The notes under the pieces are model-generated. The model saw only the letters and a program-made list of their open reading frames with translations, ran no database searches and was not told the origin of the DNA. A DNA stretch of 64,000 nucleotides from Lama glama (Eukaryota): contig CM052818.1 in the NCBI GenBank assembly GCA_028534125.1, positions 22,508,001-22,572,000 on the forward strand. Reading direction: 5' to 3'. Below, piece after piece: positions 35,531 to 48,547 of the stretch. Numbering within the stretch: position 1 is the first letter of the stretch; each line of letters begins with the position of its first letter. The translations under genes and the position numbers were made by a program.

Positions 35531-37059
35531 ATCTGATACGAACATATGTTGGAGAGCCAACCATGGCAGGACAGAAAGGGAGCCCACTTTCTAAAGAAAT
35601 TCCACACGACCCCATGACACAGAGCAAACAACAGCAGAGTCTCTTGGAGTGAAGTTAGGGATGGGGAGAAGGCTGGTCCCAGTCACAGAGCCCTGGAGCT
35701 CTTAACACCAGTTTGAAAGCCACCAAGCTTGATCTCTAAGGCAGCTTCCTGCTCCAACACCCCATCGGTCTCTGTTTCTAAGATTAAGGGGTCTGGCAGA
35801 ATGGGGTCAATATGAAAGGGGGGACTACCCGCATCCCCTGAGGTCACCCTGAAGATAGGGCCAAAAGGTCTGAGGGCTTCTTCTAGGCTGGCTGCAGCTA
35901 GGAAAATTCTATGGCTTGTTCTGTACTATACACTCAACACAGAGACACATTCATACAACATTTTCCTGTTTGCCAGGCTCTTGGGCACAAGTAATCTCAT
36001 CCAGTCTAAGAAGAAGCTCTGTAAGTACTGTCAGGCCCAGATGGCTCTAAACTAGTGCCACAGAGATGGGGAAAGCGAGGGGCAAAACAAAGAAGCCTTA
36101 GCTCTGCAAAGCCAAGGTCTGGAAGAACCTAGCTTGGACCACAGGCTGCCAGTTTGTCCTAAGGGTAAGTGACACTCCTGGGAAACTGGGAATACAGGGA
36201 GAAAAAAACATAGGTATGATGGCAAGGTCCCAGATCACTGTGGCACAGTCTTGCTGGCTGGGTGACTTGGGGCTCTCAGTCTCTCTGAGCACCACTCCCC
36301 TCATCTGTAGAAGGTACCACCTCAGGGTCACTGGGAGGACTCAGGGAGCCCTGTGAAGGGTCGTTTAAAAGAGCTGTGGGGTTTTCCCAGCTGAGGCTGC
36401 AGACAGCTTGGGGCGGACAAGCTCTGTTTCCTTACTCCAGACGATACCTGAAGGAAGACTGGGTCCAAACCACCGACTGCCACCCCGTGCTTGGCCACGG
36501 CCTCCTCCTGGGGCGGTCGAGGTGGTGGCCCCGGCCCAGCACCTCCCCCACTCCCTGGAGGCAGGCGGCTGCTAATGGCTCTCCCCACAAGCTGGTTCAT
36601 TAAAGATTTGTTCTGTCAAGTTGCAATCAAAATAAACAGACCAGCCTGAAAGCCAGGGAACTAAAAACCAATTAAGAGGGAATGGAGATGGAAGGAGGGG
36701 TGGGGGCAGGAGGGGAAAAGAGGCCGGGGCTTTCCAAAGACTCAGTTCCCATGGCAGCCAGCTTCCAAAATAGTCTGGGAATGAAAAATAATGAAAACCA
36801 CAGCAGAGAGAAAAGCGATCCTGGCAGGAGAGTCCCGACCTCGGGATTGGCTAAATCCCCTTGCTCCTGGCTCCCAGAGGACGCTTCGCTGGGTCAGAGC
36901 ACCGGTGACCTGTCCCTCCCCCCACCCAACCAGTCCTCTCTCTCTCCATGTTGTAAGTGGTGCAGACCCTCTGCGGGGCCCGCAGCCAGGGCTTCAAGGT
37001 GAAGGAGCCACGTCCAACTCCTGCCCCATGGGGAAACCATGATGGAGGTGGGGAGGGCT

Positions 37060-37270
37060 AGGGACAAGACTGGAAGGGAAAGTTCAGGGTGCCAGGAGGT
37101 CCCCCAGCCCAGTTTCAGAGGGCTTCCTGGAGGAAGTGACATTCAGACCGAGATCTGAAGTAAGAGCCGGCCAAGAAGTGAATAGAAGGAATAGCGCCTC
37201 AGGAAGAGAGAAGGGGAATTGCAAAGGCCCGGGGGTGGAGAAGTGGGAGAGAGAAAACCCAGAAGTTCCA
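37060..37270 (-). mobile_element. L2 fragment
   Basis: 'cagagggcttcctggaggaagtgacattcagaccgagatctgaag...aggaagagagaaggggaattgcaaaggccc'. Confidence 0.75.
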
Positions 37271-40200
37271 TAAGGCTGACTTATTGAGCCGGGCATGCTC
37301 TGTGTCAAGCTGATTACTTTTTCATGCACTGAATCCTGAGCGGCAAGAACACCAGCAGGCTGTGACTCCCAGATTTTGTAAAGGTGGTGGAGCCAGGATC
37401 CCAGCACACATCTGTGGACACTGCATCTGTCTCTTTCCCCTCTGCCTGGGGCCAGGCCTTCTGGGGAGCCCCCAGTTCCCTGCCCCTTCCCTTACTCCGG
37501 TGACGGTGGCCCAGCGTGGCATTTCTAGCGGTCACTTCCTAGGAATATCTCCGACCAGGCCCCGCAGCCCACCAGGAGGCATCACCGTTTAACCACCTCC
37601 AGACCCCCTTGTGGTCTGGTTTCTGTTTCATTGGTGAGGCAATAGGAAAGCTGAGCTCCTATTAAGCTGACTTGCAGATGCCAAAAAGGAATAACAGCCT
37701 AAATTAAGTTAACCCTTTCACACCCCCTCGTCCACCCTCACTTCCTGGGCCACAAAGAGCCCTGAAGCATATTACCATCAAGGGAAGCAACACCTCAGCC
37801 CCAGGGGAATGGGATCCCAGGCCCAGAGGGACACCTGCCCTCCCAGTCGGTCAGGAGCCTGTTAAGCAGCGGTGCGATCACTGGCAGGGCCCAGCCCACC
37901 AGCACTTACTCAGGGGAAGGGCTCCTGGTCGAGAAGCAGGACTGTGCTAACTGGACGCGCATCTGCTTCCAAATAGGAAGAGGCAAGGTGAAGGCTGCGG
38001 AGTCCAGCGGCAGCTCTTAGGCTCTGACTTTTCACCCACTCTCTTTCCACGAAGCCAAGCCAGCGTCGAGTGGAAGCCCACTGGAAATGGGATGCCCCTG
38101 AGAAGGCAAAAGCACAGCCATCAGCTCCTAACTTAGTGTCCTCTGGTGTCTCTGAGCAGAACAAGGGGAACTCGGGCCAAGGGGAGAGCACTGGACCGAA
38201 TGCCCTGGAAGCTGGCCTCGAGCAAGGACTCTGTCCTGTCCTGGTGGCGAATGATGCATAGATCTTGTAATCAGAACCCCCAGGTATCAATCCTAGTCCA
38301 TCATCTGGTAGCTGTGTGGCCGCCGGCAAATTACTCCTTTCTGAGCCTCAGTCTCGTCAGCCATAAATGGGCACAATAATACTAACCCCATAAGTTCCCT
38401 AAAGGGTGAAAAAGGTGTCAGAGGATGCAGAGCAAGGTGGGCATTAGCATTCCTAATCTTCCCTCCTCCTCCCGACCTCAGCTTCGTCAATGGTAAAAGG
38501 GGATACCAGCTATCCTAGGCTAAGTGTGCAAAGCACTCAGAAAACTGCAGAGACCTATAGATTCGTGCAAGAGGCCTCTGGCTGGGGAAGACGCTGAGTT
38601 ACTCCTCTTCCAGCCCCAGTACCCTGAGCATTTCTCTCTCCTGCCATCTTCCTGAGTGGCCTTGAGGAGTCTCTGTGGCCACCGAGATGAAAGCACATTT
38701 ATGGGGCAAGCATGAGAAACTCACAAGTATAAGAAGTTGGAATTATTACACACCTGACTCCCCAGCTCCCCAACCCCCTTACACTTGAAGGAAATGAGGC
38801 CCAGGCACAGAGGGTGACCCTCCTGAAGTCACGGCTTGTAAGTGCCTGGGTTTGGAACTCCAGGGTTGTCCAGCCCCAAGGCTGGTGCTCCTGCCCCATC
38901 CACGCCCCCAGCTCACCAGTGGACTAACTCCCAGGCCTAAGGGGCCTGTTTAGGATCAGCACAAAGAGCCTCCTGAGACCCGGGGTGCTGAGACAGGGGT
39001 CACCCCTCCACCAACGGGAGAGAGTGACACGCTGAGTTACCACCGACTGCCGCACTGGCCGAGGGCTGCCCAGAGGAGCCGACCCAGTGGTGAAAAGGGC
39101 AGTCTGCCCTCGAGGCCGTGACACTCAGCCCTGGGTCTGAATCCACGCTCAGTGGTGCTAACTTGCAAAAGTTCTAGAAGCTCTCTGGCTCATAGTCACC
39201 TCAGCAGTGCACCCATACATCCAGGAAGAATGCTTGGCCCATCTCACAGGCTGTCAGGAGATTTGAATGAGATGACTGATGTGTGTTGAAAACTGTCAAA
39301 CCTCGTTATCCTTCGTAATTAGCACACTCACTATTTGTTTGTGTTTCTAAGCAGCAGATTCTGTAAGTGGGTTAAACAGCTTCTCACTCCCCACTCCTTG
39401 GGCCTCCCCATCCTGTTGACACTAGTCCTGCTTTGTTCGCAGACAGTGAAAAGGTGAATCCACTCCTGTGTGTCCAAATATCCTGGGTGAGCAGAGTTAC
39501 TGAGTATCAACAGTTGATCTCGTGCACTGGTTCTGCTGGCCCCAAGACACACTAAGCAAAGAGAAGCAAGTGTGGCAGGTATTTTCCTCCTTTCGACACT
39601 CATAAATGAATAAGCCGACACATTAGATCAGTAGCCACCTGACATCTCTGAGGGGCACCTACATGTGTGTCAGGCACGGAGCTCGCCCTTTACAGAGAGA
39701 ATCCTAGGAGCCTCACATCGTAGCCCTGAGATGGAGCTGTGACTGATTTATTTCCTCCCTCCCCCGCCTTCCTTCCTTCCTCCCTGCCTCCCTCAAATTT
39801 CCACCTTTGACCCCCAAAGCCACATTTCCAGGCAGTGCCAGGGCCATGCCAGGGGAAGTGGGACTGCTGGCCTCAGGGCCCCCGTCCTGGGCAGGAGGGA
39901 AGGGTCCATCCATCTAAGAAGACCCAGGGGACCTGACCCAGTCAGGGCAGCAAAAGGGAACATGGCAAATGCAGAGATCCTGGGCCCAGAGAAGGCGTTT
40001 GCTTGGAGATTTGGGGCCTGAGCCTGAGCAGGGAAGCCCTTCTGCCTGGATGTTAAGAAGGAACGTTTCCCAACCAGCCTCCCAGCTCGACACCTCTAAA
40101 GCTAATGCCAGAGGCTCCCACAGCAAGGCCTGGGACACCGCAGCACACAATCAAGGAATATCAAATCAAAGTAACCAGGAAACCAGATGAAATGTCAGCT

Positions 40201-41711
40201 TCCTCTGACATCTGAAGAAAGCAGAAGCCTCCAGACAGCTGGGCCAGGTCTTAAGGAAGAAGCAGGGAGTCAGAGAGAGCCCAGAGCAGCTGAGAGGAGG
40301 GCTCTGGCCCTCAAGAAGCTGGATTCAGGGGGAGAAGGAGAACCCCTCATCCTGGAGGCTCTGAGGGACGTGTGTCCCCTGAGCTGCAGGCGGTGGCACT
40401 CCCATGTCCCCGGGGGCCACAGAGAGGTGTGCTCAGCCCCTGGGCTTGAGGGGACAGTTTCTCACAGGTCTTCCATTCAACCTTCACAGCCACCTCCATA
40501 AGGCAGGAATCACCTAAATTGGTTAAATCTAAAGAACCTGCAGCCCAGAGAGGGTAAGTAACTCACTCGGAGTCACAGAGTGTCGTCGCCAGGGTCAGCT
40601 GGCCATAGAGAACCTATATACTTGCATTTTGATGGGATCAAATCATTAACCAGTGAAGGTTCCAAGCCTCCCCCTCCCCTCTCCTGCTAAGGGAACTCTG
40701 GCTGGCCCACCTCCTTGCCTCTCTTTCCCACCTTTGAAGACATCTCTGCCAGGGAAGGTAGTCCTCAGGGACTTTGACAAGCAGAATTGGAAGTAATGGG
40801 AAAAGGAGAGGGAGATCTGAGAGGCCCTGGGTAGCTGTAGGGTGGAGTTATGCGGACAGGAGAAAGAATGTGCCCTGGGGAGGCATGGAGGCAGAGAGAG
40901 AAACAGATCATAGACTCAGAAGTATCTGCTTTCATGACCAAGACATCCAAGGAAAGAACTTAAGTTCTAATGACATCACGTTTGGCTTTTGAACTCTGTT
41001 CTCTTGAACCAACACCACTAAGTCTGGACCACATGAGTCACAGATTTGTAAGCAACTCATTTGTAAGGAGAGAGGAGGAATGGAAGGGGAATTGGGACTG
41101 AGGCAAGGCAGAGAACAGCCTCCTCTCACAGCATCTTTGCTTTTCTTCGCGTGGTGTTCTCCTCTCACCCACTCGCCGCTCTATTCACGGTCAGTTTCTG
41201 CTCTGGTATAACTCTGGCTAGCACAAAGCCTACCATGGTCCTCCACAGCATCTCTTCAGCCCTTTTCCAGAATGATGACAATTCTCTTTGAGTCTCCACT
41301 GTGAATTCATTGCACTCATGTTTCCTGATTCAAAAATCACTTTCCAACAATCGAATCTCTTCTTGGAGGTTTTATTTATCTTTAAAGCTTGGCCTTAGCT
41401 GTTCTTGATGCTTCATTGTGGTCTCACGTTTGTAGCTCCATTAATCAAGTCTAGGGTTTATGAGTCCATAGGACCGTATGCTAATCCTTAAAGAGTTCAC
41501 CAATATAACTGGTTTATTAAAGAGTCTCACCTTAGCAGGAAATAAACACAAAAATGGTCCTGTCTTTTATCTTCCCCTACCTATACTATGACAAATTCCT
41601 TTTCTCATTGGTTCAAGGTGCCCTTAACTATAACTTGGTCCAACACATACTTTTCAATCTCCTTGAGTTTCTAGGACAATCTGGTTCCATAACTTAAGAC
41701 TCAGTTCTGCT

Positions 41712-41858
41712 TGTTGGGTTTTTTGTTTTGTTTTGTTTGGGGGGGGCAGTTAATTAGATTCATTTATTTATTCATTTATTACTATTATTTTAAATGGAAG
41801 TACTGGGGACTAAGCCCAGGACCTCGTGCATATTAGCACACACTATACCACTGAGCTT
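41712..41858 (-). mobile_element. vic-1-like SINE, slightly 5'-truncated
   Basis: 'taattagattcatttattt...tggaagtactggggactaagcccaggacctcgtgcatattagcacacactataccactgagc'. 12-bp TSD ctcagttctgct at 41700-41711 and 41859-41870. Confidence 0.9.
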
Positions 41859-43689
41859 CTCAGTTCTGCTCGGTGGTTTGTTTCTTCTCATCCCTTTCCC
41901 AGGAGACGCCAGAGCGGTAGCCCCAGTTAACTGAGGTGGAGAAGGGATCTGATCCGATCTTCACGCACTTTCCCCCACCTCCTTCTAGGTCCAGGTCACC
42001 TGGTGCTTGGGACAAAGAAGAGGGAGAAGGAAAAGGGCGCACATCTTCTAATTTAGGCTGAAGTCCTCTCCAGGCTGACTGCCTCTGCTAATTATTTAGT
42101 TAAGCCAAACAACCTTTGGTGCCCTTGGTGGAGCAGCCATCCATGGGCTGGCTCTCCCCTGGGATGAATGTCTGGGCTCTCAGAAGGCTCTGCAAGAAGC
42201 AAAGGGCACTTTGCTGCTGGTGCTTCTCACTCAACAGGCAGCCTGCTGGCCAGGGAGGGCAGGTGGTGGGGGTGAGGTGGGGAGAAATAGAAGGGAGGGA
42301 GGAGGGGGAAGGGAGGAGTGGGTAACAGTAAAGGACTCAAGTCCAGCTGCCTTATCTGGCATCCGCTAAACCCACAAGAAACTCAGGAATCCTGGCTTTG
42401 CCAAATAGCAGGAGAGCAAGCTGCTTCTCTCCTCTCTGCCAGCCCTCCCGAATTGTTCCCTCTCCTGCCCCTGTCACACAGGGGCAGAGCAGAAATGCCC
42501 TTCTCCCATTTTGTGGACCCCTTAAAAATATAAAACGGCTTTTGCAAGCACCTTCAAAAGAGGTATTTTTCTTAACTTCCTGAAAAGAAATTTCATTGTG
42601 GGCAAATGATTTTTGAATCATTTTGAACCATCCAGGATGCATGGGTAATAGTTACTTTAAAAATGGGTTTCTTGGTGTCCCCCTCCTTTGGCTTTAAGGA
42701 AAAGAAAGTGCTCCCTTTCCCTCTCCATTGGAAGGGGAAGGAAAGCCTCTCTCTCTCTCTCAGAGCTGCACTCTCCCCCAAAAGCCACCAACTCCCACCT
42801 CTCCCAGTCCTCTTTTATAGTTCAAAGGGGTGGGACTTCCATCCATGGTCCCAGGCACCTGCAGGCAGTCCCATTTGTACAAGGTGAACGTGCCTGCATA
42901 CAGGAAGCGGTGCACTGCCAACGAAGTGTGCAGGGCAGATGGCTCAGCCCAAAGAGGTATGCGCTGAATCCCACTGGCATTTTAAATGGGCAGGCCAGTG
43001 ATTTGTTTCTGTCTGGACAGAATGTGCCTTCATGAGGGGCTGTGGATAGCTGTGATCACATGAAACTGTCAGACAAGCTCATCTGGACAACCTGGGGCAG
43101 GTCAGAGTGAATTATCGTGCTTCCCAGTACTTTTTGAAAAAAGGCAGCTTTGCTGCTTTTAAGTAGATACAGTAATGGGAACCAGGTGTGACCAGGAGAG
43201 GTCCTTGGGGCACTGCTTCAAGGACCAGCTCAGAACGAGTTGTAGCCAGCAAAGCAATTGTTTATATGTGAATGGCGTGCTTCAAATGTGATTTTAAAAG
43301 TCTCGCTTGAATGTCTCTCCTAACATTGTTTTTGCACTTTTTGTACTTGCACAGAGAAAGGTCGGCTAAGCAGAGGTTAACTTCCTCCCAGCAACATCCA
43401 AATTATTCCAAACCTCAAATGACCACCTCCCCACAATCAGAGTTGTTTGCCTGAGTTGGCAGCTCATGAGGAAGCTTGCATTTCACAGCAGGAAGAGGAG
43501 CTGGGCCAAAATTTCCGCGTGGAGACCTCCTTGATCGCAGCCCTAACGCATCTCAAAGTGACTGTTTTCAGACTTAGGTGCTCAGTAATACTGGGTAAAC
43601 TCAGCTGAGTTGAAATATTCGGGGGAGAAAAAGGGAAAGCTGAAGGCTCCCCTGTGGGACTGGACCTGGATCAGGTCCAGAAAAAGATC

Positions 43690-43930
43690 GTGAGTCATTC
43701 AATTCTGTGACTGCTGTGTGTCTGATTCTTTTTTGCAGGACGCTCTGATGAACAAGCCATAGTGCACGTCCTCCAGGAAAACTGAATCTTGTAGTTGACA
43801 AGGGATATCCATAGTAACAGTGGCACAAGGCAAAGTGAAGGAAATGCAACATAGAAACAGCATTTCCAGTGGGGCAGGGGAACCACAAAAGGCCCTGAGA
43901 AGTCTTTTGAGGTCAGCTTTCAAGCTAAGT
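43690..43930 (-). mobile_element. L2 3' fragment
   Basis: 'tcattcaattctgtgactgctgtgtgtctg...gtcctccaggaaaactgaatcttgtag...gaagtcttttgaggtcagctttcaagctaagtct'. Confidence 0.55.
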
Positions 43931-43959
43931 CTAAAAAAAAACCTAAAAAGCTATACTGA

Positions 43960-45700
43960 TAACAGATACATAAATGAGTGCGATTAGAGTACAATTATTT
44001 AGAGAACAGTTTGGCAACATCTCCTATAGTTGAAGATACGTGTTCTATCACCCTGCAATTACACATCCAGGTATATATGGTAGAAAACTCTCCGACATGA
44101 ACTGGAAGACACAAAGACATTCAATGCTACTTTCTATGTAATGTCAAAATACTTAAAATGACCTAAATGTCTTTGAATAGATAAAAGGACCAATAAATGG
44201 AGGTACATTTGTACAATGGCTGAACACAGCCTATACAGAGGCTGAACTGAATGTTCTAGAGCTTCATGTGTTGACATGGAAAAATCTACAAAATTTTGTT
44301 CAAAGCAACTAAGTAACTCTCTGACCAATCATTAGTTGGCCACTTGGCTGTCTGACTAAGCAGAGACTTCAATGGCTGCATATACAAGAAATACAGCTTT
44401 TACAGAATTAGTCCAGCAAAGTCACTAAGCAAACCAATAGCAATAGTACAACAACAAACCCTTCAAGAAGAGGAGAATCTGATTTCCAGACTTGCCATAT
44501 TAGATCATCTATGCCTAGACACATCATAGCCACTGTCAAAAGAGAGTCAAGAAGAGAATCCTGACTGCAGCTAGAGAAAAAAAACAACTCGTCAAATGCA
44601 AGAGACTGTCAATCAAGAATTCTATATTCAGCAGGACCATCCTTCAAAAATAAAAGAGAAATTAAGACATTCCCAGGTAAACAAATACAGCAGAAGCCAC
44701 AATAAATGTACATGAGCCAACTTAGCCAGTGATTGTTATTTAACTGGATGTTTTTAATCTAGCTAGATGCTGTTTATAAGAGACATACTAAAATATATGG
44801 ACCCAGAAAGTGTGAAGTAAAAGGATGGAATCAGATATAATAGAAAAAAAAAGTAACTGAAAAAAGGCTGGTAGAGTAATATTAATATCAGATAAAATAG
44901 ACTTTCAGGCAAAAACCATCATTAAGGATAAGGAAGGTCAATACATGATAATGAAAGGAAATTCACTAGGAAGATAACAGCTTTTAACGTGTAGACACCT
45001 AATAACATGACTTCAAAATAAAAAAAAGAATTACAGAAAAGAAACTGACAGTTCCACAATCATAGTACATCTCTCTATAACAGAGATCAAGGAGACACTC
45101 CTAGTAATGATTCAAATTAACAATTTTATGGACAAATATGGAACACTTCAGTCAGTCATTGTATTGTTCATTTTTTTCTTGGAATATTTATAAAAACTGA
45201 CTGTGTGTTATATTACACACACCAGAGATTAGAAATTGATGGCAAGAGATAACTTTTAAGACATTACTTTGTAAATTGATACACACATTCCTAAATAACT
45301 CAACAGTTAAAGAAAAAAATTATAATGGAAGTGAGAAAATATTTAGGACTTAATAATAATTAAAATAACAGTATTTCTAAATTTCTTGATGCAGCTACAT
45401 GGATGTTAGAGAGAGAGAAATTTCCATTTTCATTTATGGCTGATGTCAGAAAAGTGAAGGCTACAACTTAGAGTTAATTGTCCAGCACATGTTAGGGAGG
45501 AGGGAAACAACAAAGTAAACTCAAATAAAGTAGAAGGAAAGAAGTAATAAAGACGAGGACAGAGATTAATGAAATAGAAAACGGGCATAGCAAGCATCAA
45601 CAAAACCAAAACCTGGTTCTTTGAAAAGACTGAGAAAGTAGACAAACCTCTGGCAAAGATGACCAATGTAAAAAGAGTGAAGGTACAAATGAACACTGTT
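43960..45700 (+). mobile_element. Composite of old L1 fragments: 3' part (~43960-44310), L1M 5' region (~44340-44500), ORF1 end and ORF2 endonuclease region
   Basis: 'ccttcaaaaataaaagagaaattaagacattcccaggtaaacaaa' (ORF1 end), 'aatattaatatcagataaaatagactttcaggcaaaaaccatcattaaggataaggaaggtc' (EN), and 'aaaacctggttctttgaaaagactgagaaagtagacaaacctctggc'. Confidence 0.9.
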
Positions 45701-46174
45701 GCCCCACCAGCCATGAACCCTCATCTCGAGAACGTTAGGTACTTCCTGTTAAAATAGCTTTCTATCTTGTTTAAGCCATTGTCACTTTGAGTGTCTGTTT
45801 CTTGCAATCAAACCTAATCCTAACCAACACCGAGGGCTGGTCAGGGCCTGGGCTGGCTCTGGGTGTCCCAACTAGGCTGGGCTGGATGGATGATGGTGGA
45901 AAATAGTGAGCAGAGCCTGTACCATGAGTGGTCAGGCAAAGTAGCCTCTGAGAAGCAGAGGTGGCAGGTGAGGCTGTAGCCAGGATGGGTTGAGGTGGAG
46001 GTTGGGACAGTAGCCAGCAGGACAAGTGGTGACCACAGTAAGTGGCAGACTGCCATGCCTGCTTCCAACAGTCTCCTGCTTTCCAAGGTGGACTCACCCC
46101 AGGGGCTGACTCTTGGGGCCCAGATCCACTGGGCACATCTGATTCCTTCCTCTGGGACAGGGGCTGTGCACCAG

Positions 46175-46560
46175 ACTTTTATTTGCAGGATAGCCTGGCT
46201 CAAACTGGTTTAAACAATAAAGACAATGTATTTGCTCATTTAGTTTTTTTCAACTCAATAGCTCAAACTATGATTCTAAAGACCCACCATGTTGGCCTCA
46301 CGTGGTCCCATGCTACCCGCCCCCTCCAACAGCTCCAGATTATTCTCTAGTGAGAGAAAAATAGCTTCAACAGTTTCAGACCTCCCAATCTCACCCCACA
46401 CCATCCAGGGAGAAAAAGAATTCCTTTCCCAGGACCTCCCTTAAAGTCTAGTGATTAGCGCTTTCTCATTGGCCAAAATTAGGTCATGTGCCTGCCTCTA
46501 AACCAACCAACATGTTGACTGACTTCAGCCAATCAGGACCCACCACTGGAACTGCTGCTA
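46175..46560 (-). mobile_element. MaLR LTR (MLT1-type)
   Basis: 'tttgcaggatagcctggctcaaactggtttaaacaataaagacaatgtatttgctca...tctcattggccaaaattaggtcatgtgcctgcctctaaaccaacca'. Confidence 0.75.
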
Positions 46561-48409
46561 AGTTAAGTGGAGTGACTTGGACAATTTACTGAATCTTGCT
46601 CTCCTTATGTATTTTAGAAGATGTTAATAATACCTAACTTGTAGTGTTTTCAGACAATATAAATAAAATCAGAGTTAGCACAATTCCTGACACTCTCTGC
46701 ATCTGATTAGTGATAGCCATTAATAGCTAGTAGCACTAACACTAAAAGCTGGGACTCCATTCTCAAGCCTGGAGTGAGAAAGTCAGGCTGGGGCTTTCAG
46801 TTTCAAATAAGTGTCCGTCTGGGGCTAGTTTCTGAGAAAAGGGAGTGATATCAACCTTAAACTTGACCCCCAGTCCTAGGAGGTAAACTGAGGCAGCCCA
46901 GAGTACAACTGAAAGTGCAGAGATCCAGGGAGGTCTACAGTTCCCCCTAACACCCAGCAAACCCAAGGATAGAGAGGCAGAGCTGACTCTGTCCAAACAT
47001 GACTTTCCTAGGGGGCTCCGTTCCCATTTTGTGACCTCCCCTGGGATCATGCGGGCCCCTGGGGTGGGGCTGTCCCATTAAATGGCCACATTCAAAGGAA
47101 GAGGAGCAGAAAGGCTGCAGAGCCCCCCTCTGGCTCGGCTCATGGTGGGTGATGGGGTCATATGCCCTGACAGGCCTTTACCCAGGGAGAAAAATCTTTC
47201 TAATAGCCCAGAAGAATGCCCTAATCTGACATCTCGTTTAGCAGATTATTGGGCCTGGCTTTGATCTCTACTGGGCATAATGAGTGCGCCTCTCGGGCCA
47301 ATCAGCAGTCATTAATTAGCACAGTGGCCTGCAGCTGGGCCTGCCCAGGAATGGGGCCCTAGGCTTGTGAATTGGGAGTTGAGGGTGGAGATGTTTGTCA
47401 GCAAGTCAGACCCAGAGTGAAGCTTCGGGATAGATCAGGGTCACCAGGACCAGCCCCGGGGTCTCTCTGGTAAAGTGCTCTAAGCCAGGCCTTCACATGA
47501 CACATATGACACACTAGGGACTGGACATCAAGTGATGGCCCCCATCCCCTGCAGCACATCACTGTACAGTGAGAATACAGCACTGAACCAGCGCATAGCC
47601 AGCGGTGTGTGACATGGCGACACACAGCACCACGATGTGCAGGCAGACAGCAGAAACCAACTGTTTCTGCAGCTGGCCCTCTGCTGGAAGGCTAGACCCT
47701 GCTTCTGACTTATTGGCTCTTGACTTCCATTTCTCTCTCTCCTTGGACCTTGGCATCCACCCTCGTGGCCCTTTGGGTTCTGCGAGCTGATGGGCAAGGG
47801 AGAGTGGGTTTGGGGTCCTGTGGTTTCATCATCTCTAAGAACAGTGGGACCCAGCCTTGCAGTCCTGAGTTAGGTTTGGGATTTCAACAGGGATGTGACC
47901 AGGAACACACAGGAGGAGGAACCACACTGGTGTTTCCTGGGTCGGAGGGCCTAGAGGCAGCGCAGGGTGAGGACATGCTATAGACTGAACAAAGGAAGAG
48001 CAGGATTTATATGCCACCCTCGCCATTCACTAAATATCATGTGACCTTGGGGTAAGTCACCTCAATTTCTCTGAATGGTAGCTTGTTCTTTGTGTCAGGA
48101 CAGGGTTATTTTCCCACGTAATGATTGCAACACAGGCTGTGCTTAGTTTTTGTGTAATACCAAAACACAATTACTTAATACACATATTTTAAGTGTTCAA
48201 AATTATTAATAAATTTTTAAATCAGTGAAACTAAACATTACATTTATTTCCATTTCAAAAATTAATAAACAAAACATTAAGTAAAACATTCATTTCTAGA
48301 AATATAAACATTAAATTTAATATTAAATCAAACAAATCATTAGGAGACAAACATTTTAAAATAAATAATTATTCAAATGAATTACTATTCAAAAGATAAC
48401 AAGAAAATT

Positions 48410-48547
48410 GGGGGGGAGGGTATAGCTCAGTGGTAGAGTGTGTACTTAGCATGCACTAGGTGCTGGATTCAATCCTCAGTACCTCCATTTTAAATAAATA
48501 AATAAATAAACCTAATTACCTCCCCCACTCAAAAAATGCAAAAATAA
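48410..48547 (+). mobile_element. vic-1-like SINE, full length
   Basis: 'ggggagggtatagctcagtggtagagtgtgtacttagcatgcactaggtgctggattcaatcctcagtacctccattttaaataaataaataaataaacctaattacctccccc'. 18-bp TSD aaaagataacaagaaaat at 48391-48408 and 48548-48565. Confidence 0.95.

Noticed and set aside
48410..48490. tRNA-Ala(AGC) genes (this and the similar copies)
   Set aside because: They carry A-rich tails, TSDs and stem-breaking substitutions, so they are SINE copies rather than tRNA genes.
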